64,000 nucleotides of DNA from the NCBI RefSeq assembly GCF_006345805.1, contig NC_043014.1, positions 48,546,001 to 48,610,000 on the forward strand, written 5' to 3'. The position numbers and the translations under genes were made by a program. The notes beneath the pieces are model-generated. The model was not told the DNA's origin, did no database searches, and saw nothing but the letters and a program-made list of their open reading frames with translations. Positions 35,603 to 49,200 of the stretch are shown piece after piece (within the stretch, counting starts at the first letter, position 1; the number at the start of each line of letters is the position of its first letter). The DNA comes from Octopus sinensis. Taxonomy: Eukaryota.

Positions 35603-37600
35603 CTGAAAGAAAGAAGAAAAGCGGGGGATACATCTTTGTTAGCTGGACAGCCAGAAGTTGGGGTTGAACATGGCATTGAACATAGAGGAAACTGCAAGAC
35701 ACAACCATACACACCGCAAACGCACGGGCGGGCAGCTGAAGACCCGGGCAACGATGATAAAGGAAGGCCTCTCCGAACTCTCAGCTCCGTAGGTGGTTGG
35801 TCTGTGCAGATGGAACCACCGTGAATGGCCCGCTATCTCCAGTGACCTCGCACAAGAGCATCGAGCGTAGGGGCCGCCATGCTTCGTGATGCCGTCAGGA
35901 CCAGAGAAGAAACCGACTCAGCCCACCCTGGGTGAACACCGTCACAAGTACAAGTAAGTACACACACACACACACACATTGCAGACATGCACACACACCC
36001 ACAAACACATGCTGTTGAATTATAAATCTGACATGATCAAATAGTTTTTAGTTTTGTTATGAAGCATTTTCCAAGCTCTCACAGTCACTTCCAAACCATT
36101 TCGTTTCACTGAGCTGTGAAGTATATAGTGTGTGTGTGTGTATGTTTTAAGCACTATGTATTTAAAGAGATTTTTTTCCCCCAGATGAAAAATGTAGCTT
36201 CTGGCTTTCAATGAAACATATGTCAAGCATGTCATATAGATAAAAATTTTATTCTACAGCTGCTTTTGCATAACCACCTGACTGGCCCTCGTGCGAGTGG
36301 CACGTAAAAGCACCCACTACACTCTTGGAGTGGTTGGTGTTAGGAAGGGCATCCAGCTGTAGAAACTCTGCCAGATCAAGGTTGGAGTCTGGTGCAGTCA
36401 TCTGGTTCACCAGACCTCAGTCAAATCGTCCAACCCATGCTAGCATGGAAAGCGGACGTTAAGCGATGATGATGATGATATATATGTGAGAAGGGGCATC
36501 CAGCCATAGAAAACATACCAAGGCAAACTTAAGGAGCTGGTAAAAGTCTTCCAGCTCATCAAATCCTGTTAAGCTATCCAACATATTACAATATAGAAGA
36601 CAGATGTTAAATGATAATTTTCTTGGTGTGTGTTAGTTTTTGTAAATAAATATGGAGAGAGTTCATGGAAAGAGATATGTACTTACTTTGTTCATTTCCA
36701 TGTAGAGTTGACCGCGATCGTCTTTATAAGAAATATACCGTGTGCATCCAGTGTCCAAATCAAAACTTGGGGCTGCAGATGAGAATTAAAGCAACATCAC
36801 TCTTGCAGAACAAACCTAACAACATCAACTGCAACTCACTACACCAATATAGTTAATCTAACACTTCCTTTTCCTCTATTTTCATGTACCATTTACTTAC
36901 ATCAGCTTCTTTATATTGCACCCAAAAGCCACCTGCTGCAATCACTGACTTCATCCTTATAGTGTCTCATCCTCTTAATCCCCATCTCCATCTCCAAATG
37001 TCTCAGCACCACTAAACAATCCAACCAGATAAAATAACTGGTACTGGCAGTGTCCTTTCCATTGACCTCAAACAAAACAACGCACAGCTCATACCTTTCC
37101 CTGCCAAACTCATCTCTATCTACATTATTTACATTTGCCAGCCTCACCTGGCCTCCATGCCGGTGGCACATAGAAAGCACCATCCGATCATGGCCGTTGC
37201 CAGCCTCATCTGGCACGTAAAAAGCACCCACTACACTCACGGAGTGGTTGGCATTAGGAAGGGCATCCAGCCGTAGAAACATTGCCAGATCAGACTGGGC
37301 CTGATGCAGCCTTCTGGCTTCCCAGACCCCAGTTGAACTGTCCAACCCATGCTAGCATGGAAAGTGGACGCCAAACGATGATGAATGGATATTTGTCCTC
37401 ATCTTGTTTGTTGTTAACACAACGTTTCAGCTGGTATACCCTCAAGCCTTCTTCAGGTGTCTTGGGGAAATTTTGAACCTGGGTTCTCATTCCTGAGGTA
37501 TTTTTCAATTATTATTATTATTATGGCATAGTGGTTAAGAGTGCGGGCTACTAACCCCAAGATTCCGAGTTCAATTCCAAGCAGTGACCTGAACACTAAC

Positions 37601-37631
<31 letters not shown>

Positions 37632-40600
37632 TCAAAAAATACCTTAGGAATGAGAACCAGGTTCGAAATTTCCCCAAGACACCTGATGAAGGCTGGAGGG
37701 TATATCAGCTGAAATGTTGTGTTAACAACAAACAAGATGACAAATATCCATCGAATGTAAATAATGTACATAATTCCTCATCTCTTAAATATAGAACTCA
37801 TCTCTATCTGTTTCTCACTCTCTTTGAATGTCTACTTCAATCTGTAGAAACATGTCACAATTCATCCCAGCCACTCGACGCTGCCAACTATAGCACCCTA
37901 TCATCCACATTTTCACCATCACAATCAAGGCCACTTGTTTCAAAATCTTCACCCACACACACCACTCCTCAGTCTAATTTCCATATAGTTAGATCTTCTG
38001 GACGCTTTACCATGACAACTAATTTTAGCAGTGAAATCTTTTGGTTGTTTCAATGATGTGAAAGATCTTATAATTGATTGATTAATCCTTCACAATGAAT
38101 TACAATCTTTAAGGAATGGTAATCACTAGAAATCCGACTTTAGCATCTTCTTTAATCTGATAACTTATACACACACACACATATATACAATGTCATAAAT
38201 ATTCTGAACACTCTCCACACAACATAAAGGTAAAGTTATGTAACATCGTGGAGACGCGTGGCTTAGTGGTTAGGGTGTCAGCACTATGATCGTAAGATTG
38301 CAGTTTCGATTCCTGGACCGGGCCACGCGTTGTGTTCTTGAGCAAAACACTTCATTTCACATTGCTCCAGTCCACTCAGCTGGCAAAAATGAGTAACGCT
38401 GCAATGGACTGGCGTCCTGTCCAGCTGGGGAACACATACGCCATAGAAACCGGGAAACCGGGCCCATGAGCCTGGCTAGGTTTTAAAAGGGTGCATTTCA
38501 TTGTTTAGCGTCCGCTTTCCATGCTAGCATGGGTTGGATGGTTCAACTGGGGTCTGGGAAGCCAGAAGGCTGCACCAGGCCCAGTTTGATCTGGCAATGT
38601 TTCTACGGCTGGATGCCCTTCCTAACGCCAACCACTCGATGAGTGCAGTGGGTGCTTTTTACGTGCCAGATGAGGCTGGCAAACGGCCACAATCGGATGG
38701 TGCTTTTTATGTGCCACCGGCACGGGGGCCATTTATTTATTATTATATGTAATATCATTTGTGACAGTACATAATTTACAAGAATATAAGAGAGAATGTA
38801 GCCATCACTGAGTACAGTCTTTACAGGAATATAAGTGATAATATATCCAACATACAGTACATAATTTATAGGACTATAACAGGTATAACAGAAACCAACA
38901 CAGTACAAGAATGTTACTGTTAACTGATGTTGCCACACAGTACAGATGTAATTTCATACAAAGGTCCAGATATATAAATATAGTCCATATTGATTACACA
39001 GATTTTCATAGACACAGAGATACACAAATGTAGAGACATGCAGAAATATGAATATAAAGTCATAGAGGAACACAGTGACACAAGCACATGGACTGTACAG
39101 ACACACAAATATAGATACAAACAGACTATATAGACATACTGATGCATGCTTTATGTAGACAAACACATGCACATACACAATTACAGAGACATATAGATAT
39201 ATAAGCTACATGAGCTGTGGAGGCACATGGCCTAGTGGTTAGAGCAGCGGACTCACGGTTGAGCGATCGCGGGTTCAAATCTCAGACCAGGCAATGTGTG
39301 TGTTTATGAGCGAAACACCTAGGCTCCACGCAGCTCCGGCAGAAGGTAATGGTGAAACTTCTGCTGACTCTTTCGCCACAACTTTCTCTCACTCTTTCCT
39401 CCTGCATCTTGCAGCTCACCTGCGACGGACCGGTGTCCCGTCCAGGTGGGGAACCTATATGCCGAGAAACTGAGAAACTGGCCCTTATGAGCCAGGCATG
39501 GCCCGAGAAGGAACAACCAAGCTACATGAGCTATACAGTTGTACAAATGTATAGACACAAAGATACATACACACATTTATAGACAAATATAGAGACATAC
39601 ACACATATCTCTGCTAATAACCAGTCATTAGTGGAGTTTCAGATTTGAGAAATTAATTTAGGATTTTCACATGAACTGTTCAGATACTCACCATCATTGG
39701 TTTTCTTTTCTTGATATCTGACAGGAGTGCTACAATAAAAACACAAAAGGGTTACAATAAAGACTATATATAATGAGGAAAACTATAGCAAAGATTATAT
39801 ATAAAGGGAGAGAGCTATAGCAAAGATTATATACAAAGGGGAGAGCTATAGCAAAGATTATATGTCAAGGGGAGAGCTATACCAAAGACTAGCACTATGA
39901 CCTGGCAACGCCAGGTCATAGTGCTAGTGCATGCATATACAGCTGCGTGCATGCGCACATACACGCGAGTACTGTCCAAATCTCCGACCAATCACATACA
40001 GCTAGCTGACATTCAATTGGTGTATCAAGTTTTGGGCATTTTGATTGGGTTTTGGATAGAAAATTCACAAAAAGGTCACTTCTATTGATTTTTTAATGGC
40101 TTTGCGGGGAGACTGGGGAAATGTATTGATGTGCACGACCACCCATTAATGTGAAACAAGGTGGAAAAGAGAGTACTCAAATACCAGAGGTAGAGTAATA
40201 TGCTTTATTTAAAAGCAGCAGAAATATAACAAAAGCTGTTACTCGGAGTTTCATGTTCCCGTTTGTCGGACAGTTTTGTTAAAATATTTTAACAAAACTG
40301 TCCGACGAACGGGAACGTGAAACTCTGAGTAACAGCTTTTGTTATATTTCTGCTGCTTTTAAATAAAGCATATGTATATATATATATATATATACATACA
40401 CACACACAAGAGGGGCTGGTGAAAAGTTAAAAGAAAATAGAGGAGGATCAATTAATTTTATTCAACGTATTCCCCTCTCAGATTCACACACTTATTGCAG
40501 CAGCCCTTCAGTTCTCCCTAAACCCTGTAAAAGAACCCAGAAGGTTGGACCTCCAACCAGGCCTTTTGCAATAACTTTAAAGCCAGGAACTTTTGAGCAC

Positions 40601-43600
40601 CCCCTCGTATGCATGTGTGTGTGTGTGTGTGTGCTGATTCTGTTTTTTTTAGACTGCCTATAAAAAACAGAGCAGCTTAATATTCCACATTTTAGGTCCA
40701 ATGACTGAGATATGAAGAAACAGAACTACTGACAACATTCTCCTGTGTTCAATCCTTACTACAGCTACCAATGACCTGATTACTATGCAATACTACATAC
40801 CTCTATAGTACATATCCTCTAAAGCATATCCTTTAGAGAGTATACTCCCTGTAATATATAAACTAAACCTCTGTACTACAGATAAAGGAAGTGCAGTTTA
40901 GTGAAACATTCATTAAAGCAAATTTATTTTAAAATATTCCATGTGTCATGTACTTACCTAACACTCCAAAATATTTCTTCTCTTTCCTCTAAAACCGTTA
41001 TATGCAACAAACACACGTCCTACAATGAAAGACATTCAAACATTGGATGATACTAGATCATTTACATAGTGCATAATATTAAATAAATATGAAATAATCT
41101 CAATCACAATATTAAAATATTAAATTGATCTTTAATCCTTTCGTTACCAACCCCGGCTGAAACCGGCTCTAGCTCTAAATACAAATGTCTTGTTTTCATA
41201 AGTTCTGAATTAAAATCTTCCACCAAACCTTAGTCACAATTTATGTTCCTAATACTAGCTGAATGATAACCAAGTTATTTTACTAAATTCTTTGTTACAT
41301 ATAAAGTAATTGAAAGAAACACAGAGCATCTCAAAATAAATATGGTAACAAAAGGGTTAAAAAATGGAAGATTTTTCATCTTTTACATCTACATTGTGTT
41401 TCAAATGGTTTGATCTCTGATCTTTATCAAGTGTTTTATTCCTGGATCTAAAGGTGATATCAAACTGAGTGACTCCAAGAACTTTTATTTCTAAATCTAA
41501 TTCTGACAAACAAAAAAATCTTTCATCCCTAAAGACGAAAACAATTGTCTGGCAGAAAATAACCATAGAAACATCAATGTTGTATGGGCAGAACATATCA
41601 TGATGTCCAGCCACAAAATATAATCTTGTGGGGAGAGAATCTGTATATGTCTTCATGTTTGTCCTGTGTAAGTTATTAGACTCTTTAGGAAGTAGAGGAA
41701 AAAATTGACAAAGAATTCTAAAGTCATCAGTCACCATCAATCTTACCAATGATTGATTGAATTAAATCTATTTTTGCTGAGCCAGGCTTGAATGATAAGA
41801 CTTTCGCTATTTTCACCTATGTAAAATTGAACAGTCACAGAAAGGTGTTACGAGTAAATTACTTTGGTCTTTTCTTTCTGATCTGCAAAGTCAAGCAACA
41901 ACCCCCGAGGAAAACCTTGTGCCCCTGTTAAGAAATTTCCAAACCAGAAAACCAAAATGGCTTCCTATTGCTTTACTGTAGGTATCTTTATCAGATGTCA
42001 TCTTCATCATCATCATCATTTAACGTCCGCTTTCCATGCTAGCTTGGGTTGGACGATTTGACTGAGGTCTGGCGAACCAGATGGCTGTAACAGACTCCAA
42101 TCTGATCTGGCAGTGTTTCTACAGCTGGATGCCCTTCCTAAAGCCAACCACTCCGAGAGTGTAGTGGGTGCTTTTACATGCCATCAGCACAAGGGCCAGT
42201 TTGGTGGTACTGGCAATGGCCACACCCAAATGGTGCTTTTTACGTGCCACCTGCACAGGAGCCAAAAAAACACACAACTTGTCTGGACAAACGGAATGTA
42301 AAGGAAAGGAAAAAAAATACTAGAGTCTTTTGTTAAATGATCCGACACAATAAGGCAATACATTCTCATCGTCATCATCATCACTCAACATCCGTGTCCC
42401 AAGCTGGCACAAGCTGGACAGTTTAACAAGGCTCCAACAAATCCATGGACTACATCATGCTCCAGTGCCTGGCATAGTTGCTACGATTGGCCCAATAAAG
42501 TTGTGCCTTGGACCGGGAAGGTATGGAGATCATTGATCGCTGATGTCTGTAGACATGGCACAAGAAAGGGAAGGGAGACAATTTGATGAAGACTGACCTA
42601 CTGTTTCTCACAGGGTTACAAGAGTTGTCTCCCTTACAATCAAGATTTTTTTTCTCCAGTTCAACTATCACATGATAATACAAACATCTCTAGGTCATAA
42701 AAATAAAAATTAAAGTTCAAATGTCTTAAATTGTATTTGATATATTCCGTATTGATTTTAAAAGTTAGTAAAAAAAAAGTCACCATTGAAATTTAAGGAC
42801 GGTTCTACTTTTGAACTTCAATTATAATAGCTCCGATGTAACTAAGCATAGAATAGAATTTTCTCTCACGGATAACTCAAACTAACCAATGTAAGTCAAC
42901 AGGGAAAACCTTTACAACACTGACCAGCTAGAAATAGCAGCCAAAGTTTATAATTTTATAACACTAACCCATAATATTTGGGAAGTTTCAAAGGAAATAT
43001 CATTTCTGAATAAAATACATCCTACCCAGAGAATATACATTACAAGAAACTGCAGATAAATCTGATGAAAAAAAAGGGGAGAGCTCAGATGCTTGAGAAG
43101 GGACAACTTAAGTTATAGAATGTCTTTTCTCTTGATAGGAACAGTGAGGAAAAAGGGACATTAACATAATGAAGGCAACTGTCTTTGTAAATATTTGGTA
43201 TTTATCGACTGGTATGAGTGGTTTTATAAATGGATCTTTTCGGTTTGAACGGCAGTTTTTAACATAATTTCTAGGTAACTAAACACTTTTAAACTTCGTA
43301 TATTGGTAGAATGTGTTTATAATACATTTTTTTTTTCTCTTGGCTTTATTGAGAAAATTCTATAGTTTGTAAGATATTTGTTGTTTTTTTTCTTCAATTT
43401 CTGCAATTTCAACCAATCAATGACGTCTATTGAGATGAAAACATTCTGTGCCGTTTGAATATGTCCCTTGTTTAAGAAACAGATTGGGTTTATTTACATT
43501 TGTGAAGAAAAAAAAAAGATACCCTTCCCCCCACCCCTAACCCTAACCCTAAAACAGATTGAAATGCAACAGATCGATCCTAGGGTCATAATTATGGGTG

Positions 43601-44038
43601 ACAATTTCATATGACACTGCTAGAAAAAACTGCTGTTCAAACCGAAAAAATCCTTATAAATTGATATGCTGATAATTATGTTGCAGGGTCGACATAATTG
43701 AAACAGACTTTCATTATAAACCATGTTGCTTGTTACTTTCTTGCTTGTTACCCTAAATGTGTTTTGCATCACTGTGTTACGTGATCTGGGACCGTGTGAA
43801 GATTTGTGCAAAGGTGCACAAACTGCCATCGTGGAAACTAAAGATGAAATTAAACAATGCAAGAGTGGCTGTGTGGGGTAAGTAGCTTGCTTACCAACCA
43901 CATGGTTCCGGGTTCAGTCCCACTGCGTGGCATCTTGGGCAAGTGTCTTCTACTATAGCCTCGGTCTGACCAAAGTCTTGTGAGTGGATTTGGTAGACGG
44001 AAACTGAAAGAAGCCAGTCATATATATGTATGTATATG

Positions 44039-44101
<63 letters not shown>

Positions 44102-45765
44102 AACATCGCTTGACAACCGACGCTGGTGCGTTTACGTCCCCGTAACTTAGCGGTTCAGCAAAAGAGATCGATAGAATAAGTACTAGGCTTCCAAAGAATA
44201 AGTCCTGGGGTCGATTTGCTCGACTAAAGGCAGTGCTCCAGCATGGCCACAGTCAAACGATTGAAACAAGTACAAGAGTAAAGAGTAATGTAAATCAACT
44301 ATAATAGAGAGATATTAACAAAAGCTCTGTTAGGTACATATTTCAATATTAAAATGGATGAAATACAAAATAGTAAAAAAAAAAAATGATATATAATAGA
44401 GGGAGCATACCTGCACAACCCCTTTCAGAGAGTCTGTTTTCCAACTTAAATTAAGCTTTGATGATAATGGTGTGTAGTCATAACTGTTTTCTGGTTTGAT
44501 AACGATGAAATGGGCATGACCTTCACCTGCAAGGTATAAAAACTTCTATTTAAGACAATAGCAGATAATTTCAGTTTAAAAGTTATACAGTAATTCTGTG
44601 GCAGGAATTGTTAAAACCAAATTCAGAAGAGGGATTAGCATTGTTCATTGAAAATATTAAACTGTGAGAATATATTATGCAAATGGAAAACTGAAATTGA
44701 TTAAAGAATTGGAGAGGTTTTCTAAACCAGCAAAGAGTTATGAATGGAACCATAACTGGAAATTATTTTGGCACTTCATTGTATGTGATAGAATATGTTT
44801 ATGAGTTCACAGATTTACATTTCGATTTTACTTCAGAGTATTTATCTATATATATGCGCAGGAGTGGCTGTGTGGTAAGTAGCTTGCTAACCAACCACAT
44901 GGTTCCGGGTTCAGTCCCACTGCGTGGCATCTTGGGCAAGTGTCTTCTGCTATAGCCCCGGGCCGACCAATGCCTTGTGAGTGGATTTGGTAGATGGAAA
45001 CTGAAAGAAGCCTGTTGTATATATGTATATATATATATATATGTATGTGTGTGTATGTGTGTTTGTCTCCCTAGCATTGCTTGACAACCGATGCTGGTGT
45101 GTTTACGTTCCCATCACTTAGCGGTTCGGCAAGAGAGACCTATAGAATAAGTACTAGGCTTACAAAGAATAAAGTCCTGGGGTCGATTTGCTCGATCGAC
45201 TAAAGGTGGTTCTCCAGCATGGCCTCAGTCAAATGACCGAAACAAATAAAAGAAAAAGAAAGAAGAAAGTATAGAACTGCAAACATAAACATATATGAAG
45301 GTTGGCAACTGGAAGGGCATCCGGCTGTAAAAAAATCTGCTTCAATGAATTGCATCCGACCCATCCTAGCAGGGGAAAACTAGACATTAAAAAACGATGA
45401 AGTCAAAGATAATGATAGATGTTATCATCGTGAGAAGAGGCGTCTTACTTATGTTGCCAAGCTGACACTGTAATCCGTTGAAATGTTGTAGGTAATATGA
45501 AGTCTGCATGCCAGAGAGTTCTAATGTCAGCTGATAGTGATGGAGACCTGCCAAGGAAAGAGAGAAAAAAATAGCAGTGAGACGGAGAAAGAGTGAGACG
45601 GAGAAAGAGTGAGGATAGAGCAGAGATTGGAAGAGAATCAATGAATTTCAAAAGCCAGATGATTTTATTCATATTTTATTGGAAACAACCACAAGGGATT
45701 GCAACAGGAAACTACGTGTGTGTGTGTTTATACATACATACATATATACACACATACATATACAT

Positions 45766-45796
<31 letters not shown>

Positions 45797-46241
45797 CATT
45801 TTTCATTATTTTTTCTAAAAATCCCCTAGTAAACATGGTTATAGAGTGAGCATACAGATGTAAACATTGGTAAAAACACACCTTTAGTGCATATAAGTAG
45901 TCTCTATCATTATATATAATTTAAACTTTAATTTCCTTTATATTTAACATTCACTATTAATATCCCTACTCTTTCTGTAAGCTACTTATGACGTTATATC
46001 ATATAACGTTTTTTTAAACAATATTAATAGCGTTCAGTTAATCGCTGTACAAATCCATCATTTTTTGCTGAAATGTCTTATTGACGAGTTTCGTTTTTTT
46101 TCACTTTCCTGAAGAGAAGATTGCATTGTTTATACCATTTATTCTTTTGAATAGTATCAGTGGAATTTTCGAAACATGTGTCGAAAGTAAAAATATTTGA
46201 TTTACACCTGCGTTAAACTCCATTTATTTATTTATTCATAC

Positions 46242-46279
<38 letters not shown>

Positions 46280-49200
46280 TCATCATCATCATCGTTTAAC
46301 GTCTGCTTTCCATGCTAGCATGGGTTGGACGATTTTGACTGAGGGCTGGCGAACCAGATGGCTGCACCAGGCTCCAATCTTGATTTGGCAGAGTTTCTAC
46401 GGCTGGGAGACATCTACATTTGCACCTATTTCACTCTCTCTCCCAATAGTCCCAGCTAAATCAGTACCTGATACCTCACTGCCTCTCGTTAACCTCTCGT
46501 CTCTCTCTTCTATCTACAGTATTATGTTACTGGTATAACAATAGACGGCATACTGCTCTAGCACTCTCTCATCCCACCCTACTCCGTTTCTACCATCATA
46601 CCTTCATCCCTCCCATCCACCCATCCCAGCTCCTCTTCTGTCATCTCTCTCTCTCTCCTTTTCACCTTCTGTGTCTGCACCTTCAACAAACACGTCATAG
46701 AATAGCGTGGGTCTTTTCCTTTACAAGGGAGTACAAGACAACCTCACTAATGCCGGTTCCACAATTAACATCTGCCCATCACATTCTGTAAAGTGATTGG
46801 TGTTAGGAAGGGCACCCAGATGTAGTCTATTCAGGAATCGAAGCCACAGTCTATTATGAACACCCTAACCACTTAGCCATGTGGCTCCACAATTTCGTTA
46901 TTGGTCGTGATAAATACAGCTGAGAGTGTTTTAGTACTTACCGAATGTTGGATCAATGTCATCTTCGAGCACATTGGGAAATGATGGAATGTATGGTCTG
47001 GGAAAAAGAGGAGAAGTTCAGGAGAGTTAATTAAACAGGCTTCAGTGTCAGTCTCAGTCAAACAAGTCAGAATTGTAATTGGTAATAATAGGTTCAATAA
47101 ATAATGGACTTTCCCCACCGTGTTTGAGGAATGAGACAGTCCAGTTGTTCAGTCAACTGAATAACATACACGTGTCTAGTCTTTGCTCAGGTACATTTGA
47201 TAAGACACAGTGTGACAAGGTTGGGTCTGTGAATTATAGAAACATTTTGTCTTCTAATGGAAGTAGCAATGTATTCCGTAGACACTTATTCTTCATGCAG
47301 AAACAGTGGTTCTCCACCAGGGTTCATATGGCTCTTGGGAGCCCATATCAAATTTTTCGGTTAAAATTTATCTGCAACAAAATGCTTACACTTCTGAAAT
47401 ATATAAAATATCTCAATTCTTTTTTTATGCAATTCCTAATAATATTTAATCATAGAAATATAACAGGGATTTTAAAAACATCAAAAGGCTAGGAGGGTCC
47501 ATTCATGTAAAACAGTAATCAAAGGGGTCCACAGTAAGACAACGTGTGCAACAAAGCTTGGCCCATTAATTAAAGGTGTGGCCTACCTGACAGGCTTACA
47601 CAGATTCTGTAGTATAATTCCACTCCCAGGGTCTGGATCAGTCTAAGACGTCTATGGAAAAAGACATTTCCATAATGTGCTACACACCAAGGATTTTAAT
47701 TTAACAGCTCAGTGTAAGGAAGACAGGGAGAGTCCTTGACCCTTTTGATGGTCTCCATGACAGGTGGGAAGAAGGGAGGAAGTTATCCTTAGTTCAAAGC
47801 CCTGACTTGAATGCTTGCAACAGGATGAACTCTGCAAAACCCATCAAAGGGTCAGATATATATATATATATATATATATAATGGGCTTACTTCAGTTTGT
47901 TTCTATAAAATCAACTCACAAGGCATTGGTTAGCCCAGAGCTATAGAAGAAGCCACTTGCCCAAAGTGCCACACATTGGGATTGAACCCAGAACCGTGTG
48001 GTTGGAAAGTAAGCTTCTTGATCACACAGCCATTTATGCTAACTAAATTTCCTCTGTGACTTGTGAACTGCAGGTTAAGATGTTGATGCAAGAGGAAGAG
48101 GAAAACTGGGCAGAGTGAGAAGAAAAATGGTTGACTTACCGTGAACTGGTGCCAAGAAGACATCTTTGAACAAGTTTATGGAAGTGGAAGCAAGCAACAA
48201 TGAAAGACAACTCTCCACCCTCCTGAAAGAGGATTAAATGCTGTGTGAACGGACGACAAAGCTTACATAGTCATTGTTGAGAAACACAACAAACCAAATC
48301 AACAGGGTCCCGTTATACCAGCCCAACAAGTCCCATCACATTCAATTACAAAGTAGTCTTTAACCCTTTAGCATTAAAACTGGCCGTATCTGGTCTAAAT
48401 ATTCTACTAGTTTTATGTTAAAAGTGGCCAGATCTAACCTCTCACACCTATCCTACAATGTCATTCTAAAAATAAGCAATGTAGCTAAGAAAATCTCTTA
48501 GCTACAAGATAATGCATGATTTATTCAAAATAATGTGAATGAATAAGCAAATAACATTTGTGAAAGTAATCTGAATGCTAAAAGATTAAACTTTTAGTAT
48601 TTAAACTGGTCATATCCAGCCAAACCATTCTACTAGCTTCATGTTCAAACTGGCCAGAATCCAGCCTCTCACACCTACCCTATAATGTTATTTCAAAAAT
48701 GAACAATCTTATCAGTGAAATCTTGAAACTACAAGATAATTTATAACCAATTCAAAACAATGTGAATAATTAATCGATAAATTTGACATAGCAATCTGAA
48801 TGGCAATGGGTTAAATATCCACCTGTTGTCTGTAAGCTCTTTGCTACAAAACTAGGTTGAATTCCTGCTTAAGTGAACCCACAAGCAAAAGATCTTGTTG
48901 GGTCTTTACTGAGTTATATAGCATTAATTGTGTTAAGAGCATTAGAGATAAACTTTACACTTTAAAAATCATTGACTTGAGGCAGAAAATAGCAACAGGT
49001 TCCACTGTCAGAACATGAACCACAGATCTACACATTGCTGGATCACTTGTATGTGTATATAATTAGGTTACTGACAGGACTTGAACCATCTATCTATAGA
49101 CTGCTGGGTCACTACTGAGAGGAGGATTTGAACTTGTGTCTATAAATAACTAGGTCACTGACAGGAGGACTTGAACCTTCTGCCTATAGATTGCTAGGTG

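Larger units (their letters stand above)
37122..37794 (+). mobile_element. tRNA-headed HHR-bearing SINE-like element with inverted 5' arm
   Basis: A box tggcatagtgg 37524-34, B box gttcaattcc 37569-78, (AAT)n, body with HHR; inverted partial copy at 37121-37137 plus 37387-37524; flanked by aactcatctctatct at 37107-21 and 37795-809. Confidence 0.75.

Noticed and set aside
34241-35960. Inverted repeat pair (34243-94 and 35905-56) as a regulatory dsRNA across the gene ends
   Set aside because: Only 52 nt at 79% identity, one copy is intronic, and both are best explained as old LINE 3' ends.
36901-36932. Possible alternative FBXO15 exon GGFWVQYKEAD with a good gtaagt donor and phase 1-0
   Set aside because: The upstream sequence is purine-rich with no polypyrimidine tract and the peptide is unlike FBXO15; exon 36687-36772 fits better.
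37524-37590. Functional tRNA gene
   Set aside because: It has A/B boxes but no complete acceptor stem or cloverleaf; it is a SINE head, like the other tRNA-like heads in the window.
41357-41749. 130-aa minus-strand ORF in an FBXO15 intron
   Set aside because: No recognisable motif or fitting splice sites, and the FBXO15 frame is complete without it; probably a decayed TE fragment or chance.
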